DNA of 64,000 nucleotides, from assembly GCA_964016885.1 (NCBI GenBank), contig OZ024766.1, forward strand, positions 11,470,001 through 11,534,000. The letters run 5' to 3'. Source of the stretch: Eledone cirrhosa (Eukaryota). Within the stretch, counting starts at the first letter, position 1. Each line of letters begins with the position of its first letter. The position numbers and the translations under genes are program-made. Below are positions 1-17,614 of the stretch, piece by piece. Below the pieces are notes generated by a model, which saw only the letters and a list, made by a program, of their open reading frames with translations, was not told the origin of the DNA and ran no database searches.

Positions 1-330
1 ATATACACACTTGTTTATATATATATATACACACTTGTTTATATATATATACACACTTGTTTATATATATATATTATATATATATATATACACACGTTTA
101 TATATATATATATACACACGTTTATATATATATATATACACACACTTGTTTATATATATATATATATATACACACGTTTATATATATATATACACACACT
201 TGTTTATATATATATATATATACACACTTGTTTATATATATATATATATACACACTTGTTTATATATATATACATATACACACTTGTTTATATATATATA
301 TATACACACTTGTTTATATATATATATAAA
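1..330. repeat. (TA)n microsatellite interrupted by a recurring TACACACTTGTT motif
   Basis: Repeats visible directly; the overlapping YI-rich ORFs are artefacts. Confidence 0.95.
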
Positions 331-481
331 AGTTAAACAAGGTTCAATGAATACATCAAAGAATGAGTTTTACAATAGATTGTAAGCACTCAACTGTTAT
401 TAATTTTAATATTAATAACTCTGTATAATAAAATATACTTGATCACAAGAATATCTATTTTGTTAATATTTTGAATTAATA

Positions 482-526
<45 letters not shown>

Positions 527-699
527 TAGTTTATATATATAAATATATATATATATATATTTTTTTTTTATTGTGTCCTAATGTGTTTTATTATTGTTGT
601 TTAACCTCGGGCAAACTTTATAATAAAGCATAGAAATATATTTACAGTGGAATAACAACAAATATGTTTTAAAATATATACATAAATAACATTACAAAT

Positions 700-2140
700 G
701 TTTGCCTTTCATCCTTATGGGGTCGATAAAATAAAGTACCAGTAATACACTGGGGTGATTGCTGGCCTTGTGCCCCCAAAAGTAGAAACAATTATTACAG
801 GGTTGATAAAATAAAGTACCAGTAATACACTGGGGTAATTGCTGGCCTTGTGCCAAAAGTAGAAACAATTATTACAGGGTTGATAAAATAAAGTACCAGT
901 AATACACTGGAGTAATTGCTGGCCTTGTGCCTAAAGTAGAAACAATTATTACAGGGTCGATAAAATAAAGTACCAGTAATACACTGGGGTAATTGCTGGC
1001 CTTGTGCCAAAAGTAGCAACAATTATTACAGGGTTGATAAAATAAAGTACCAGTAATACACTGGGGTAATTGCTGGCCTTGTGCCCCCAAAAGTAGCAAC
1101 AATTGTTACAGGGTTGATAAAATAAAGTACCAGTAATACACTGGGGTAATTGCTGGCCTTGTGCCCCCAAAAGTAGAAACAATTGTTACAGGGTTGATAA
1201 AATAAAGTACCAGTAATGCACTGGGGTAATTGCTGGCCTTGTGCCCCCAAAAGTAGAAACAATTGTTGCAGGGTTGATAAAATAAAGTACCAGTAATACA
1301 CTGGGGTAATTGCTGGCCTTGTGCCAAAAGTAGCAACAATTATTACAGGGTTGATAAAATAAAGTACCAGTAATACACTGGGGTAATTGCTGGCCTTGTG
1401 CCCCCAAAAGTAGAAACAATTATTACAGGGTTGATAAAATAAAGTACCAGTAATACACTGGGGTAATTGCTGGCCTTGTGCCTAACGTAGAAACAATTAT
1501 TACAGGGTTGATAAAATAAACTACCAGTAATACACTGGGGTAATTGCTGGCCTTGTGCCCCCAAAAGTAGAAACAATTGTTACAGGGTTGATAAAATAAA
1601 GTACCAGTAATACACTGGGGTAATTGCTGGCCTTGTGCCCCCAAAAGTAGAAACAATTGTTACAGGGTTGATAAAATAAAGTACCAGTAATACACTGGGG
1701 TAATTGCTGGCCTTGTGCCCCCAAAAGTAGAAACAATTGTTACAGGGTTGATAAAATAAAGTACCAGTAATACACTGGGGTAATTGCTGGCCTTGTGCCC
1801 CCAAAAGTAGAAACAATTATTACAGGGTTGATAAAATAAAGTACCAGTAATACACTGGGGTAATTGCTGGCCTTGTGCCCCCAAAAGTAGAAACATTTAT
1901 TGCAGGGTCGATAAAATAAAGTACCAGTAATACACTGGGGTAATTGCTGGCCTTGTGCCCCCAAAAGTAGAAACATTTATTGCAGGGTTGATAAAATAAA
2001 GTACCAGTAATACACTGGGGGTAATTGCTGGCCTTGTGCCCCCAAAAGTAGAAACATTTATTGCAGGGTCGATAAAATAAAGTACCAGTAATACACTGGG
2101 GTAATTGCTGGCCTTGTGCCAAACGTAGCAACAATTATTA
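700..2140 (+). repeat. ~80-bp tandem array (~18 copies) derived from the 3' half of a Meta/OK-type SINE
   Basis: Unit GGGTTGATAAAATAAAGTACCAGTAATACACTGGGGTAATTGCTGGCCTTGTGCCCCCAAAAGTAGAAACAATTATTACA, led in by TTTGCCTTTCATCCTTATGGGGTCGATAAA; matches the reverse complement of the SINE at 27925-28890. Confidence 0.9.
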
Positions 2141-2454
2141 ATAGCTCGCGATTCTTTCAGAAGGATATATACTTATATATACACACATATATAAACTTAA
2201 GAAAATTAACAAAGTGAGAACAAGACAACGAACCCAAAACAATTTTTTAAGGGGAAACCTTTTATTTTTTAAACATAAAAAATACAAACGGAGGGGACTT
2301 GACTCCTGGGTCATCAGTTCGACCCCTACAACGGTAGTGCTCGTCCACCCAGGGTCACAGTGTCAGACATAAGCCAAATACTGTCCAAATGAAATAAGAA
2401 ACGAGAGACATAACTTGAAGTAGAGATTTTATTAAGTCTAATAAAATGGGTATA

Positions 2455-2685
2455 TAATATATATATACACACACACACATATGTATATATACACACACAT
2501 TTATACACACACATATATACACACACACATATATATATACATATACACACACTTATACATACATACACACAATATACATACATATATAAACACATATACA
2601 TACATAAATATACGCATACATATATACATATATACATATATATATACATACAAACATACACATATATACATATATACATACCACA

Positions 2686-2725
<40 letters not shown>

Positions 2726-2786
2726 TATATATATACATACAAACATACATACACATATTTGTTGTGCTCATAGTTTTTGGCATTAG

Positions 2787-2824
<38 letters not shown>

Positions 2825-2862
2825 TATATATGCGTGTGTGTATTTATGTACATATATGTATA

Positions 2863-2942
<80 letters not shown>

Positions 2943-2994
2943 TCTATATGCGTGTGTGTATTTATGTACATATATGTATGCCTATGTATATATG

Positions 2995-3032
<38 letters not shown>

Positions 3033-3233
3033 AATGCCAAAAACTATGAGCACAACAAATATGTGTATGTATGTTTGTATGTATATATATGTGTGTATAT
3101 ATATATGTATATATATATATGAATGTGTGTATGTATATATGTATATATGTGTATGTTTGTATGTATATATATATATATATATGTATGTGTATATTTATGT
3201 ATGTATATGTGTTTATATATGTATGTATGTATA

Positions 3234-3280
<47 letters not shown>

Positions 3281-3500
3281 ATATATGTGTGTGTATAAAT
3301 TGTGTATATAAATGTGTGTGTATATGTGTGTGTATGTATATATACATATATATATGTGTGTATGTGTGTGTGTGTGTGTGTGTGTCTGTGTACATATATA
3401 TGCGTGTGTATGTATGTATAAGTGTGTATATATATATATATATATATGTGTATATGTATATATATGTATGTGTGTGTGTATATATATGTGTGTATATAAA
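2455..3500. repeat. Compound (TA)/(CA)/(TG) microsatellite with an inverted duplication
   Basis: TTTGTTGTGCTCATAGTTTTTGGCATT (~2758-2785) recurs inverted as AATGCCAAAAACTATGAGCACAACAAA (~3033-3059). Confidence 0.85.
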
Positions 3501-3584
3501 ATGTTCTAAGTCCTTAAACTTCACACATAACTATAATACAAAAGGAGAAAAGATTCACCCCCGACCCCCCCACGTCCTGCATTG

Positions 3585-3598
3585 GTTACCACGGTAAC
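3585..3598. promoter_or_regulatory. RFX X-box-like palindrome
   Basis: GTTACC-AC-GGTAAC fits GTNRCC-N0-3-RGYAAC and lies in a short non-repetitive island. Confidence 0.3.
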
Positions 3599-3689
3599 CG
3601 ACACTAAACCCCTGCCCCCTCCCTCCCTTACAACACTTGAGGTCTTATTACACACTGGGACTGTGTATATATGGGGTGAGAGGGGTGTG

Positions 3690-4725
3690 TGTGATGGTGG
3701 TGGTGGTGTTGGTGGTGATTGTTGTGTGGTGGTGGTAGTGGTAGTGGTGGTTGTTGTTGTGTGTGTGTGTGTGGTGGTAGTTGTTGTGTGGTGGTGGTTG
3801 TTGTGTGGTGGTGGTAGTGGTAGTGGTGGTTGTTGTTGTGTGTGTGTGTGTGGTGGTGGTTGTTGTGTGGTGGTGGTTGTTGTGTGGTGGTGGTAGTGGT
3901 AGTGGTGGTTGTTGTTGTGTGTGTGGTGGTGGTTGTTGTGTGGTGGTGGTTGTTGTGTGGTGGTGGTTGTTGTGTGGTGGTGGTGTTGTGTGGTGGTTGT
4001 TGTTGTATGGTGGTTGTTGTTGTGTGGTGGTGGTTGTGGTGTTGGTGGTGATTGTTGTGTGGTGGTGGTGGTGGTGGTGGTGTTGGTTGTTGGTGTGTGT
4101 GTGATGGTGGTGGTGGTTGTTGTTGTGTTGTGGTGGTGGTGGTGGTGGTGGTTGTGGTGGTGGTGGTTGTTGTGTGTGGTGGTGGTTGTTGTTGTGTGGT
4201 GGTGGTTGTGGTGGTGGTGGTGGTTGTGGTGGTGGTGGTGGTTGTTGTGTGGTGGTGGTTGTGGTGGTGGTGGTGGTTGTGGTGGTGGTGGTGGTTGTTG
4301 TGTGGTGGTGGTTGTTGTGTGGTGGTGGTTGTTGTGTGGTGGTGGTTGTTGTGTGGTGGTGGTTGTTGTGTGGTGGTGGTGGTTGTGTGGTGGTGGTGTT
4401 GTGTGGTGGTGGTGGTTGTTGTGTGGTGGTGGTGGTTGTTGTGTGGTGGTGGTTGTTGTGTGGTGGTGGTTGTTGTGTGGTGGTGGTTGTTGTGTGGTGG
4501 TTGTTGTGTGGTGGTGGTTGTTGTGTGGTGGTGGTGGTTGTTGTGTGGTGGTGGTTGTTGTGTGGTGGTGGTTGTTGTGTGGTGGTGGTTGTTGTGTGGT
4601 GGTGGTGGTTGTTGTGTGGTGGTGGTTGTTGTGTGGTGGTGGTTGTTGTGTGGTGGTGGTGGTTGTTGTGTGGTGGTGGTTGTTGTGTGGTGGTGGTGGT
4701 TGTTGTGTGGTGGTGGTGGTGTTGT
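3690..4725. repeat. (GGT/GTT)n triplet-derived minisatellite
   Basis: GTGTGGTGGTGGTTGTT-type units. Confidence 0.95.
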
Positions 4726-8112
<3,387 letters not shown>

Positions 8113-8114
8113 TA

Positions 8115-8247
8115 GGTACGTTATTTCGGGTTGAATCGGAGGTAACCACAGTAAGTAAGGTACTCAATACATAGCAGAGTATAAAAGTTTTAATATAGAT
8201 GAGATTCTACAAGACTAGAACTGTTTCATTCTTTAGAGATCATCATC
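8115..8247 (-). mobile_element. Penelope-like LTR remnant, hammerhead family A (5' of core truncated)
   Basis: Minus strand TGATGA-TCTCTAAAGAAT-GAAA-CAG-TTCTAGTC-TTG-TA-GAATC followed by the tail shared with 32624-32820 and 63647-63958. Confidence 0.65.
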
Positions 8248-8302
<55 letters not shown>

Positions 8303-8640
8303 GGAGGCACATGGCTTAGTGGTTAGAGCATTGGCCTTGCAATCGAAAGGTTGTGAGTTCAATTCTCAGGACCGGGTGATGTGTCGTGTCCTTGAGCAAG
8401 ACACTTTATTTCACATTGCTCCAGTTTACTCAGCTGTAGAAATGAGATGATAGGGACTGGGGTCCCTGTCATTCCACTGTAAAGTGGTCGTGTTGGTGCC
8501 ACACCAAAAAAGTACCCAGCACTCACTGTAAATGAGGTTGGTGTTAGGAAGGGCATCCAGCTGTAGAAATCAAGCCAGAATCAGTTCCCGTCCCACCCTT
8601 GCAAGCTGGGAAAAGCGGACGTAAAATGAAATGATGATGA
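8303..8640 (+). mobile_element. Full-length tRNA-headed CORE-type SINE with RTE-derived tail
   Basis: A box TGGCTTAGTGG, B box GAGTTCAATTC, CORE-like GTGTCCTTGAGCAAGACACTTTATTTCACATTGCTCCAGTTTACTCAGCTGTAGAAATGAG; tail CCCACCCTTGCAAGC...GGACGTAAAA(TGA)n nearly identical to the LINE end at 41628-41677. Confidence 0.9.
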
Positions 8641-8641
8641 A

Positions 8642-8896
8642 TGTGCCTTTGCTTACTATAAAAGCTTCACAGCACAGGCATTGCTTTATATCTGGAGATC
8701 TCTCTGCACTTGTCGTCACATGGTACCATGGGCCCAGCACTATGTGTCAATAATTGTCACAAGTGTAGTGTTTGTACCAGAGTTTTCAAGTCACTGGCTG
8801 GACTAAAAAGTCACACTCGTTCAGCGCATCAGTAGGGGTTCTCCTACATGGATATAAAGTAGTGGCCGTACTCGAAAACGAGTTGGCAGCCACCAT
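8642..8896 (+). mobile_element. 3' end of an RTE (BovB-like) element
   Basis: Encodes the C2H2-like HKCSVCTRVFKSLAGLKSH; second copy on the minus strand from 33957. Confidence 0.65.
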
Positions 8897-9071
8897 GTAT
8901 GTGTATGTATATACGTGTATATATAAACTTTATATATATGTATGTATGCATTTATATAAGTATATGTATATATATATATATGTATATGTGTATGTAAATT
9001 ATATATATATATATATGTATAATAGAAAAAAATGGGCAAGTTTCATTTACATATTGACAGTCAATCTACTT

Positions 9072-10230
9072 TGATCAAATCGGACCGAGGAAACAATGTT
9101 TCCATTGGTCTATCAAATTTGTGATGGCAGTAATAGAAAGACCAATGGAAACATTGTTTCCTTGGTCTGATCTGATGATCAGCTCCTTTCTTCTGCCAGG
9201 AGTTGTGACTGACAGATAGTATCAGTAATGGAAAGACCAATGGACACATTGTTTCCTTGGTCTGATCTGATGATCAGCTCCTTTCTTCTGTCAGGTGTTG
9301 TGACTGACAGATAGTATCAGTAATGGAAAGACCAATGGAGACATTGTTTCCTTGGTCTGCTCTGATGATCAGCTCCTTTCTTCTGCCAGGAGTTGTGACT
9401 GACAGATAGTATCAGTAATGGAAAGACCAATGGACACATTGTTTCCTTGGTCTGCTCTGATGATCAGCTCCTTTCTTCTGCCAGGAGTTGTGACTGACAG
9501 ATAGTATCAGTAATGGAAAGACCAATGGAAACATTGTTTCCTTGGTCTGATCTGATGATCAGCTCCTTTCTTCTGCCAGGAGTTGTGACTGACAGATAGT
9601 ATCAGTAATGGAAAGACCAATGGACACATTGTTTCCTTGGTCTGATCTGATGATCAGCTCCTTTCTTCTGTCAGGTGTTGTGACTGACAGATAGTATCAG
9701 TAATGGAAAGACCAATGGACACATTGTTTCCTTGGTCTGATCTGATGATCAGCTCCTTTCTTCTGCCAGGAGTTGTGACTGACAGATAGTATCAGTAATG
9801 GAAAGACCAATGGAGACATTGTTTCCTTGGTCTGCTCTGATGATCAGCTCCTTTCTTCTGCCAGGAGTTGTGACTGACAGATAGTATCAGTAATGGAAAG
9901 ACCAATGGAGACATTGTTTCCTTGGTCTGCTCTGATGATCAGCTCCTTTCTTCTGCCAGGAGTTGTGACTGACAGATAGTATCAGTAATGGAAAGACCAA
10001 TGGAGACATTGTTTCCTTGGTCTGCTCTGATGATCAGCTCCTTTCTTCTGCCAGGTGTTGTGACTGACAGATAGTATCAGTAATGGAAAGACCAATGGAG
10101 ACATTGTGTCCTTGGTCTGATCTGATGATCAGCTCCTTTCTTCTGCCAGGAGTTGTGACTGACAGATAGTATCAGTAATGGAAAGACCAAGGAAACGTTG
10201 TTTTCTTGGTCTGATCTGGGGATTAGCACC
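9072..10230. repeat. 95-bp tandem array (~11 copies) starting with a fold-back inversion
   Basis: ACATTGTTTCCTTGGTCTG recurs at 9151, 9246, 9341, 9436 ... 10101; 9072-9110 is an inverted partial unit. Confidence 0.95.
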
Positions 10231-10354
10231 CTTCTTTTTGTTTTGTTCTTCGGTCCAAAATCTTTATCATATTCTAAAGCCAGTTGAAGTCCCTAACCAG
10301 ACATGTTCCCTAGAAATACACCCACAAAAGTGTTAATTAAATTCTTTCTTTCAT

Positions 10355-10614
10355 TTCAGGAAGTCTTCTCATACCAGAGCTTATCACGGTTTCCATGGCA
10401 TGAAGTAACTGCGAGAACAAGACTTCACCTGGACAGGACACCAGTCCATCGCAGGGTTAAATCCCCACCTATTACTGGTACTCATCTCCAGCTGAGTATA
10501 CTGGAGCAACGTGAAATGAAGTGTTTTGCTCAAGGACACAACCTAGTCCAGTAATTGAACCCACGAGATTATGATCTCAAGTCCGACACTGTTACCGCTA
10601 GGCCACGTGCCTCT
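10355..10614 (-). mobile_element. Second CORE-type SINE subfamily with a different 3' tail
   Basis: Minus strand head AGAGGCACGTGGCCTAGCGG...GGTTCAATTAC, CORE-like GTGTCCTTGAGCAAAACACTTCATTTCACGTTGCTCCAG, tail GATGGACTGGTGTCCTGTCCAGG. Confidence 0.75.
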
Positions 10615-10769
10615 ACAACCCATGGATGGATCTACCGTAAATGGACATCGGATTCACTTTACTGGCAGAGATTCTACGTCAGACAAGATTGAGGTAAGTC
10701 AACAGTGAGGCAATGTTTATTAGGATGTTGTGGATATGTGTATAGATTTTTTTTGGGGGGGAATCCTGT

Positions 10770-11355
10770 ATATATATATATATATATATATACATATATA
10801 TATACAAATATATATTCACACATACACACACAAAGAAAGAACAAATGCACATACACACACACACACGCACAAATACACACATGCACACACATGTACACAA
10901 ATACAGACACACAGAAATATACACATACACACATACACACAAATATACATACACACACACACACATACACACACAAATACACACACACAGACACACACAC
11001 ACAAATACACACACACACACACACACACACAAATACAGACACACACACACACATACAGACACACATACACACAAATATACACACCACACACAGACACACA
11101 CACACACACACACAAATATACACATACAAACACACAAATATACACACACACATACATACACACACATATCCACACACATAAATACACACACACACACAAA
11201 GACACACAAATACACATACACACACACAGATACACATACATACACACACAGATACAAATATACACACACACATACAAATATACACACACACACAAATGCA
11301 CGCACACACACACACAAATACACACAAATATATATACACACACACACACGCACAC
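10770..11355. repeat. (TA)n/(CA)n microsatellite
   Basis: Visible directly. Confidence 0.95.
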
Positions 11356-11420
11356 CAAATCCCTACAAAAATGTAATTGTGAGTGAAAGCTGAAAGCATA
11401 AACCTAATAAATATTCATGA

Positions 11421-11483
11421 GGGGGGCGGGGCTAAGAGGTCAAACATAAAAAAAGTTATTATCTTAACCGGTTGCTAAGCGAC
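11421..11483. promoter_or_regulatory. GC box plus X-box-like motif
   Basis: GGGGGGCGGGGC at 11421 and GTTGCTAAGCGAC at 11471 in AT-rich unique sequence. Confidence 0.25.
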
Positions 11484-11701
11484 AGGTCATATATATTACA
11501 ATTAAAGACAATATCATTTTCAAGAAATACTATTTTCTCCTTTTGTAATTATATTTATTTTTTTGGCTTTTTCAAATTAGTTTTTTTTATTTGTTTAAAA
11601 AAAGTTTTTTAGTTCTTAGTTTATGTATTTTTGTTTTAAAAACATCTACATTATGAGTGAAATTTGGTAGACAGAAAGTGTGCAGAAGCCTGTTGCATAT
11701 A

Positions 11702-12970
<1,269 letters not shown>

Positions 12971-13036
12971 ATATATATATATATATATTTATTTATTTAT
13001 TTATTTAATTGTGTAATAACCAACACAATATAATTA

Positions 13037-13107
13037 TTCCATTACTCAAGGTTTCACGAAGTTAGACGATTCTAACAGAAAAGTCTGATATCGTTCATCA
13101 GAAGAAA
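13037..13107 (-). ncRNA. Candidate degenerate hammerhead (singleton)
   Basis: Minus strand TTTCTT-CTGATGA-ACGA...TCGT-GAAA-C-CTTGA-G-TA-ATGGAA; stem I imperfect. Confidence 0.4.
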
Positions 13108-13124
13108 TCTTTGTTTGGATATAT

Positions 13125-14230
13125 ATCATCATCATCATCATCATTTTAAGTCCGCTTTTCCCTGCTTGCAAGGGCGGGACAGGTCCTATTCAGCACAGCA
13201 TCTCTCCATTCGTCACCGTCCTTCGTCATCTCCTCCGTGAGCTTCAGCGATCTGAGGTCTGCTCTCACCACGTCCGCCCATGTTTTACGTGGTCTTCCTC
13301 TACTGCGTCTTCCTTCTACTGGCATTTATTGGCACTTCTTTATATGCTTGGTCATCCTCCATGTGCATCACATGTCCATACCATCTCAGTCTTCTCTCCC
13401 ACACACTACAACTTATCCCTCTTATACACAGTTTCTCTCTCAACTCATCACATGTCCATACCATCTCAGTCTTCTCTCCCACACACCACAACTTATCCCT
13501 CTTATACACAGTTTCTCTCTCAACTGATCACATATCCATACCATCGCAGTCTTCTCTCCCACACACTACAACTTATCCCTCTTATACACAGTTTCTCTCT
13601 CAACTCATCACATGTCCATACCAGCGCAGTCTTCTCTCCCACACACTACAACTTATCCCTCTTATACACAGTTTCTCTCTCAACTCATCACATGTCCATA
13701 CCATCTCAGTCTTCTCTCCCACGCACTACAGCTTATCCCTCTTACACACAGTTTCTCTCTCAACACATCACATGTCCATACCATCGCAGTCTTCTCTCCC
13801 ACACACTACAACTTATCCCTCTTACACACAGTTTCTCTCTCAACTCATCACATGTCCATACCAGCGCAGTCTTCTCTCCCACACACTACAACTTATCCCT
13901 CTTACACACAGTTTCTCTCTCAACTCATCACATGTCCATACCATCTCAGTCTTCTCTCCCACATACCACAACTTATCCCGCTTATACACAGTTTCTCTCT
14001 CAACTCATCACATGTCCATACCATCGCAGTCTTCTCTCCCACACACTACAACTTATCCCTCTTATACACAGTTTCTCTCTCAACTCATCACATGTCCATA
14101 CCATCGCAGTCTTCTCACCCGCACACTACAACTTATCCCTCTTATACACAGTTTCTCTCTCAACTCATCACATGTCCATACCATCGCAGTCTTCTCACCC
14201 GCACACTACAACTTATCCCTCTTAAACACA
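13125..14230 (-). mobile_element. RTE LINE 3' end with an internal 80-bp tandem array (~11 copies, ~13365-14225)
   Basis: Minus strand encodes LREKLCIRGISCSVWERRLRWYGHVM, then a frameshifted GRPRKTW region and a (TGA)n tail. Confidence 0.9.
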
Positions 14231-14359
14231 GCTTCTTTACAAAACCACTCTGCATGCCAAGTTACTTAGACAAACCTGACCCAAGGTCCTTACAAGCACA
14301 CCACTTGAGCTGTTCATGCTCAACATGGTTTCTTTCAAATTATCCCCTTCCATCTGTGT

Positions 14360-15443
14360 ATCATCATCATCATCGTTTAACATCTATTTTTCACGCTAGC
14401 ATGGGTTAGACGGGTTTGTCCCATTAAGAGGCAAGTTGGGTTGGGTGACCGTGTCTCGCTCATATAGGAATGTTTCTGGCTAGATTTCTATAGCTGGAAG
14501 CACTTCCTAACACCAACCACATTTACAGTGTGGGCTAGGTGCTTTTTGTTGTGTCACCTATACGAGCACTTTACAGTGTGGACTGGGTGCTTTTTGTTGT
14601 GTCACCTACATGACCACTTCACAGTGTGGACTGGGTGCTTTATGTTGTGACACCTACATGACCACTTTACAGTGTGGACTGGGTGCTTTTTGTTGTGTCA
14701 CCTATACGAGCACTTTACAGTGTGGACTGGGTGCTTTTTGTTGTGACACCTACATGACCACGTTACAGTGTGGACTGGGTGCTTTTTGTTGTGACACCTA
14801 CATGACCACTTTACAGTGTGGACTGGGTGCTTTTTGTTGTGTCACCTATACGAGCACTTTACAGTGTGGACTGGGTGCTTTTTGTTGTGACACCTACATG
14901 ACCACTTTACAGTGTGGGCTGGATGCTTTTTGTTGTGACACCTACATGACCACTTTACAGTGTGGACTGGGTGCTTTTTGTTGTGTCACCTATACGAGCA
15001 CTTTACAGTGTGGACTGGGTGCTTTTTGTTGTGACACCTACATGACCACTTTACAGTGTGGACTGGGTGTTTTTTGTCATGACACCTACATGACCACTTT
15101 ACAGTGTGGACTGGGTGCTTTTTGTCATGACACCTACATGACCACTTTACAGTGTGGACTGGGTGCTTTTTGTCGTGACACCTACATGACCACTTTACAG
15201 TGTGGACTGGGTGCTTTTTGTTGTGACACCTACATGACCACTTTACAGTGTGGACTGGGCGCTTTTTGTTGTGTCACCTATACGAGCACTTTACAGTGTG
15301 GGCTGGATGCTTTTTGTTGTGACACCTACATGACCACTTTACAGTGTGGACTGGGTGCTTTTTGTTGTGACACCTACATGACCACTTTACAGTGTGGACT
15401 GGGTGCTTTTTGTTGTGACACCTACATGACCACTTTACAGTGT
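14360..15443 (-). repeat. RTE/SINE 3' tail followed by a 48-bp tandem array (~19 copies, from ~14516)
   Basis: Unit ACCACTTTACAGTGTGGACTGGGTGCTTTTTGTTGTGACACCTACATG; (CAT)n tail at 14360. Confidence 0.92.
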
Positions 15444-15681
15444 CTTTGAGAAGTCACAGGTCTTTTCATTAGAAATTTGGACATGAAGGGGTTACTGTTG
15501 TAGTATGGGATTTAACTGTTATTTCTAGAAGTATGTGAGACCATGCAGTGGTACGTGAGTGTGTGTGGGGTAGATATGGTAGATATGCAAGGTGGACTGT
15601 CCTTCTGTGATTCATACACACATGTTTATATATACACATATATATATATAAATATATATATATGTGTATATATATGTATAT

Positions 15682-15729
<48 letters not shown>

Positions 15730-15753
15730 TATATGTATGTATATATGTATAGG

Positions 15754-15828
<75 letters not shown>

Positions 15829-16051
15829 TATGTGTATGTATATATGTATAGGTATGTATGTGTATATATATATATACTATGTGTATGTATATATGTATAG
15901 GTATGTATATATATATATATATATATATACTATGTGTATGTATATATGTATAGGTATGTATGTATATATATATATATATAAACACTCCCTAACTTGACAA
16001 AATAGATCATTTATGCACAAGCATGATTTAGTGTTTGCATACTTTGCTTAC

Positions 16052-16094
<43 letters not shown>

Positions 16095-16183
16095 TATATA
16101 TACATATATATACACAGATATATATATATATGTGCGAGTGTTTATGACAGTGAGAGTGTATAATTCAAAAGATAAATAAATAT

Positions 16184-16404
<221 letters not shown>

Positions 16405-16452
16405 AGTGTTTATGACAGTGAGCGTATAATTCAAAAGATAAATAAATATGTT

Positions 16453-16493
<41 letters not shown>

Positions 16494-16494
<1 letters not shown>

Positions 16495-16922
16495 CACCTC
16501 TCCAAGACAATGTCACTGGACCGTGACCTTTGGCGGTACTCAGTAACAGAGAAGACCCGCCTTGCCAGTAGGCATCTCTAACAAACTACACCCCGTCCCG
16601 CCACCACCCCCACCCCATCCACACCACCCCGTTCCATGTAAAGTTATGTTGGTGCCGCGCCATCCAGGCCGAAACAAACGAGATCGTGTAGGTGTCACGA
16701 CAAAAAAACACAGTCCACGCTGTAATGTGGCCGTGTAGGCAACACGGTAAAAACCTCCCAGACCCACACTGTAAATGTGGTTGGTGTTAGGAAGGGCATC
16801 CAACTGTAGAAAACCTGCCAGACAGTCCTATGCGAGCAAGACAATCACTCTTGCCTCAAGTGGGACTACCCCCGTCCAAACCCATGCAAGCGTGGAACAC
16901 GGACGTTAAACGTTGATGATGA

Positions 16923-16926
<4 letters not shown>
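16494..16926 (+). mobile_element. 5'-truncated RTE 3' end (last codons plus 3' UTR)
   Basis: Colinear with 18415-18873, from CACCTCTCCAAGACAATGTCACTGGACCG to GGACGTTAAACGTTGATGATG. Confidence 0.85.
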
Positions 16927-16998
<72 letters not shown>

Positions 16999-17152
16999 TT
17001 TATATAAAATGTATTTTATATATAAAATACATGGAACTCTTTTAACCATCTTTTGATCTTATATATTATTTATACTCCAGTCCTACAAACTGTAGAGTGC
17101 TACTTATCCGATATCTGCATTGCTTTATTGTACTACAATAAAACTCACCTCC

Positions 17153-17238
<86 letters not shown>

Positions 17239-17440
17239 AATAAAATTTCTTTAGTATAAGGTGTGTCTTGATTAGCTGAGGTGTGTGTTTAATGTCTGTT
17301 TTACACAGGTAAAGTGTTTGTGTGTGTGTTTAGTGTACTATATATGTTAGAGGTAGGGTGTGTATGCAAATATATATATATATATACATATACACACACA
17401 TAAGTACATACATATAAATACACACACACACACATATATA

Positions 17441-17497
<57 letters not shown>

Positions 17498-17614
17498 AAG
17501 TATGTGTGTATATAGTGTAGTATAATCCGGTAAAAGCTATTTATATATATATATATATTTATATATACACGTGTGTTTGCGTGTGTATATGCATGTATAT
17601 ATATATATATATAA

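Noticed and set aside
2290-2345. CTGATGA on the minus strand and a B-box-like GTTCGACCC
   Set aside because: No downstream GAAA or stem III, and no A box or cloverleaf.
8303-8375. tRNA genes at SINE heads (also 10540-10614, 27650-27726, 28 kb and 49 kb)
   Set aside because: A and B boxes only; no complete cloverleaf, and each runs into a SINE body and tail.
9151-10195. Hammerhead ribozyme in the 95-bp satellite
   Set aside because: CTGATGA and GAAA are present, but the cleavage triplet would end in G and stems I and II do not close.
14610-15449. 279-aa Cys-rich repeat ORF (MTTLQCGLGAFCCDTY)n resembling a metallothionein or keratin-associated protein
   Set aside because: A 48-bp unit is divisible by three and derives from a SINE/RTE tail; the sister array at 23.9-25.9 kb has frameshifts.
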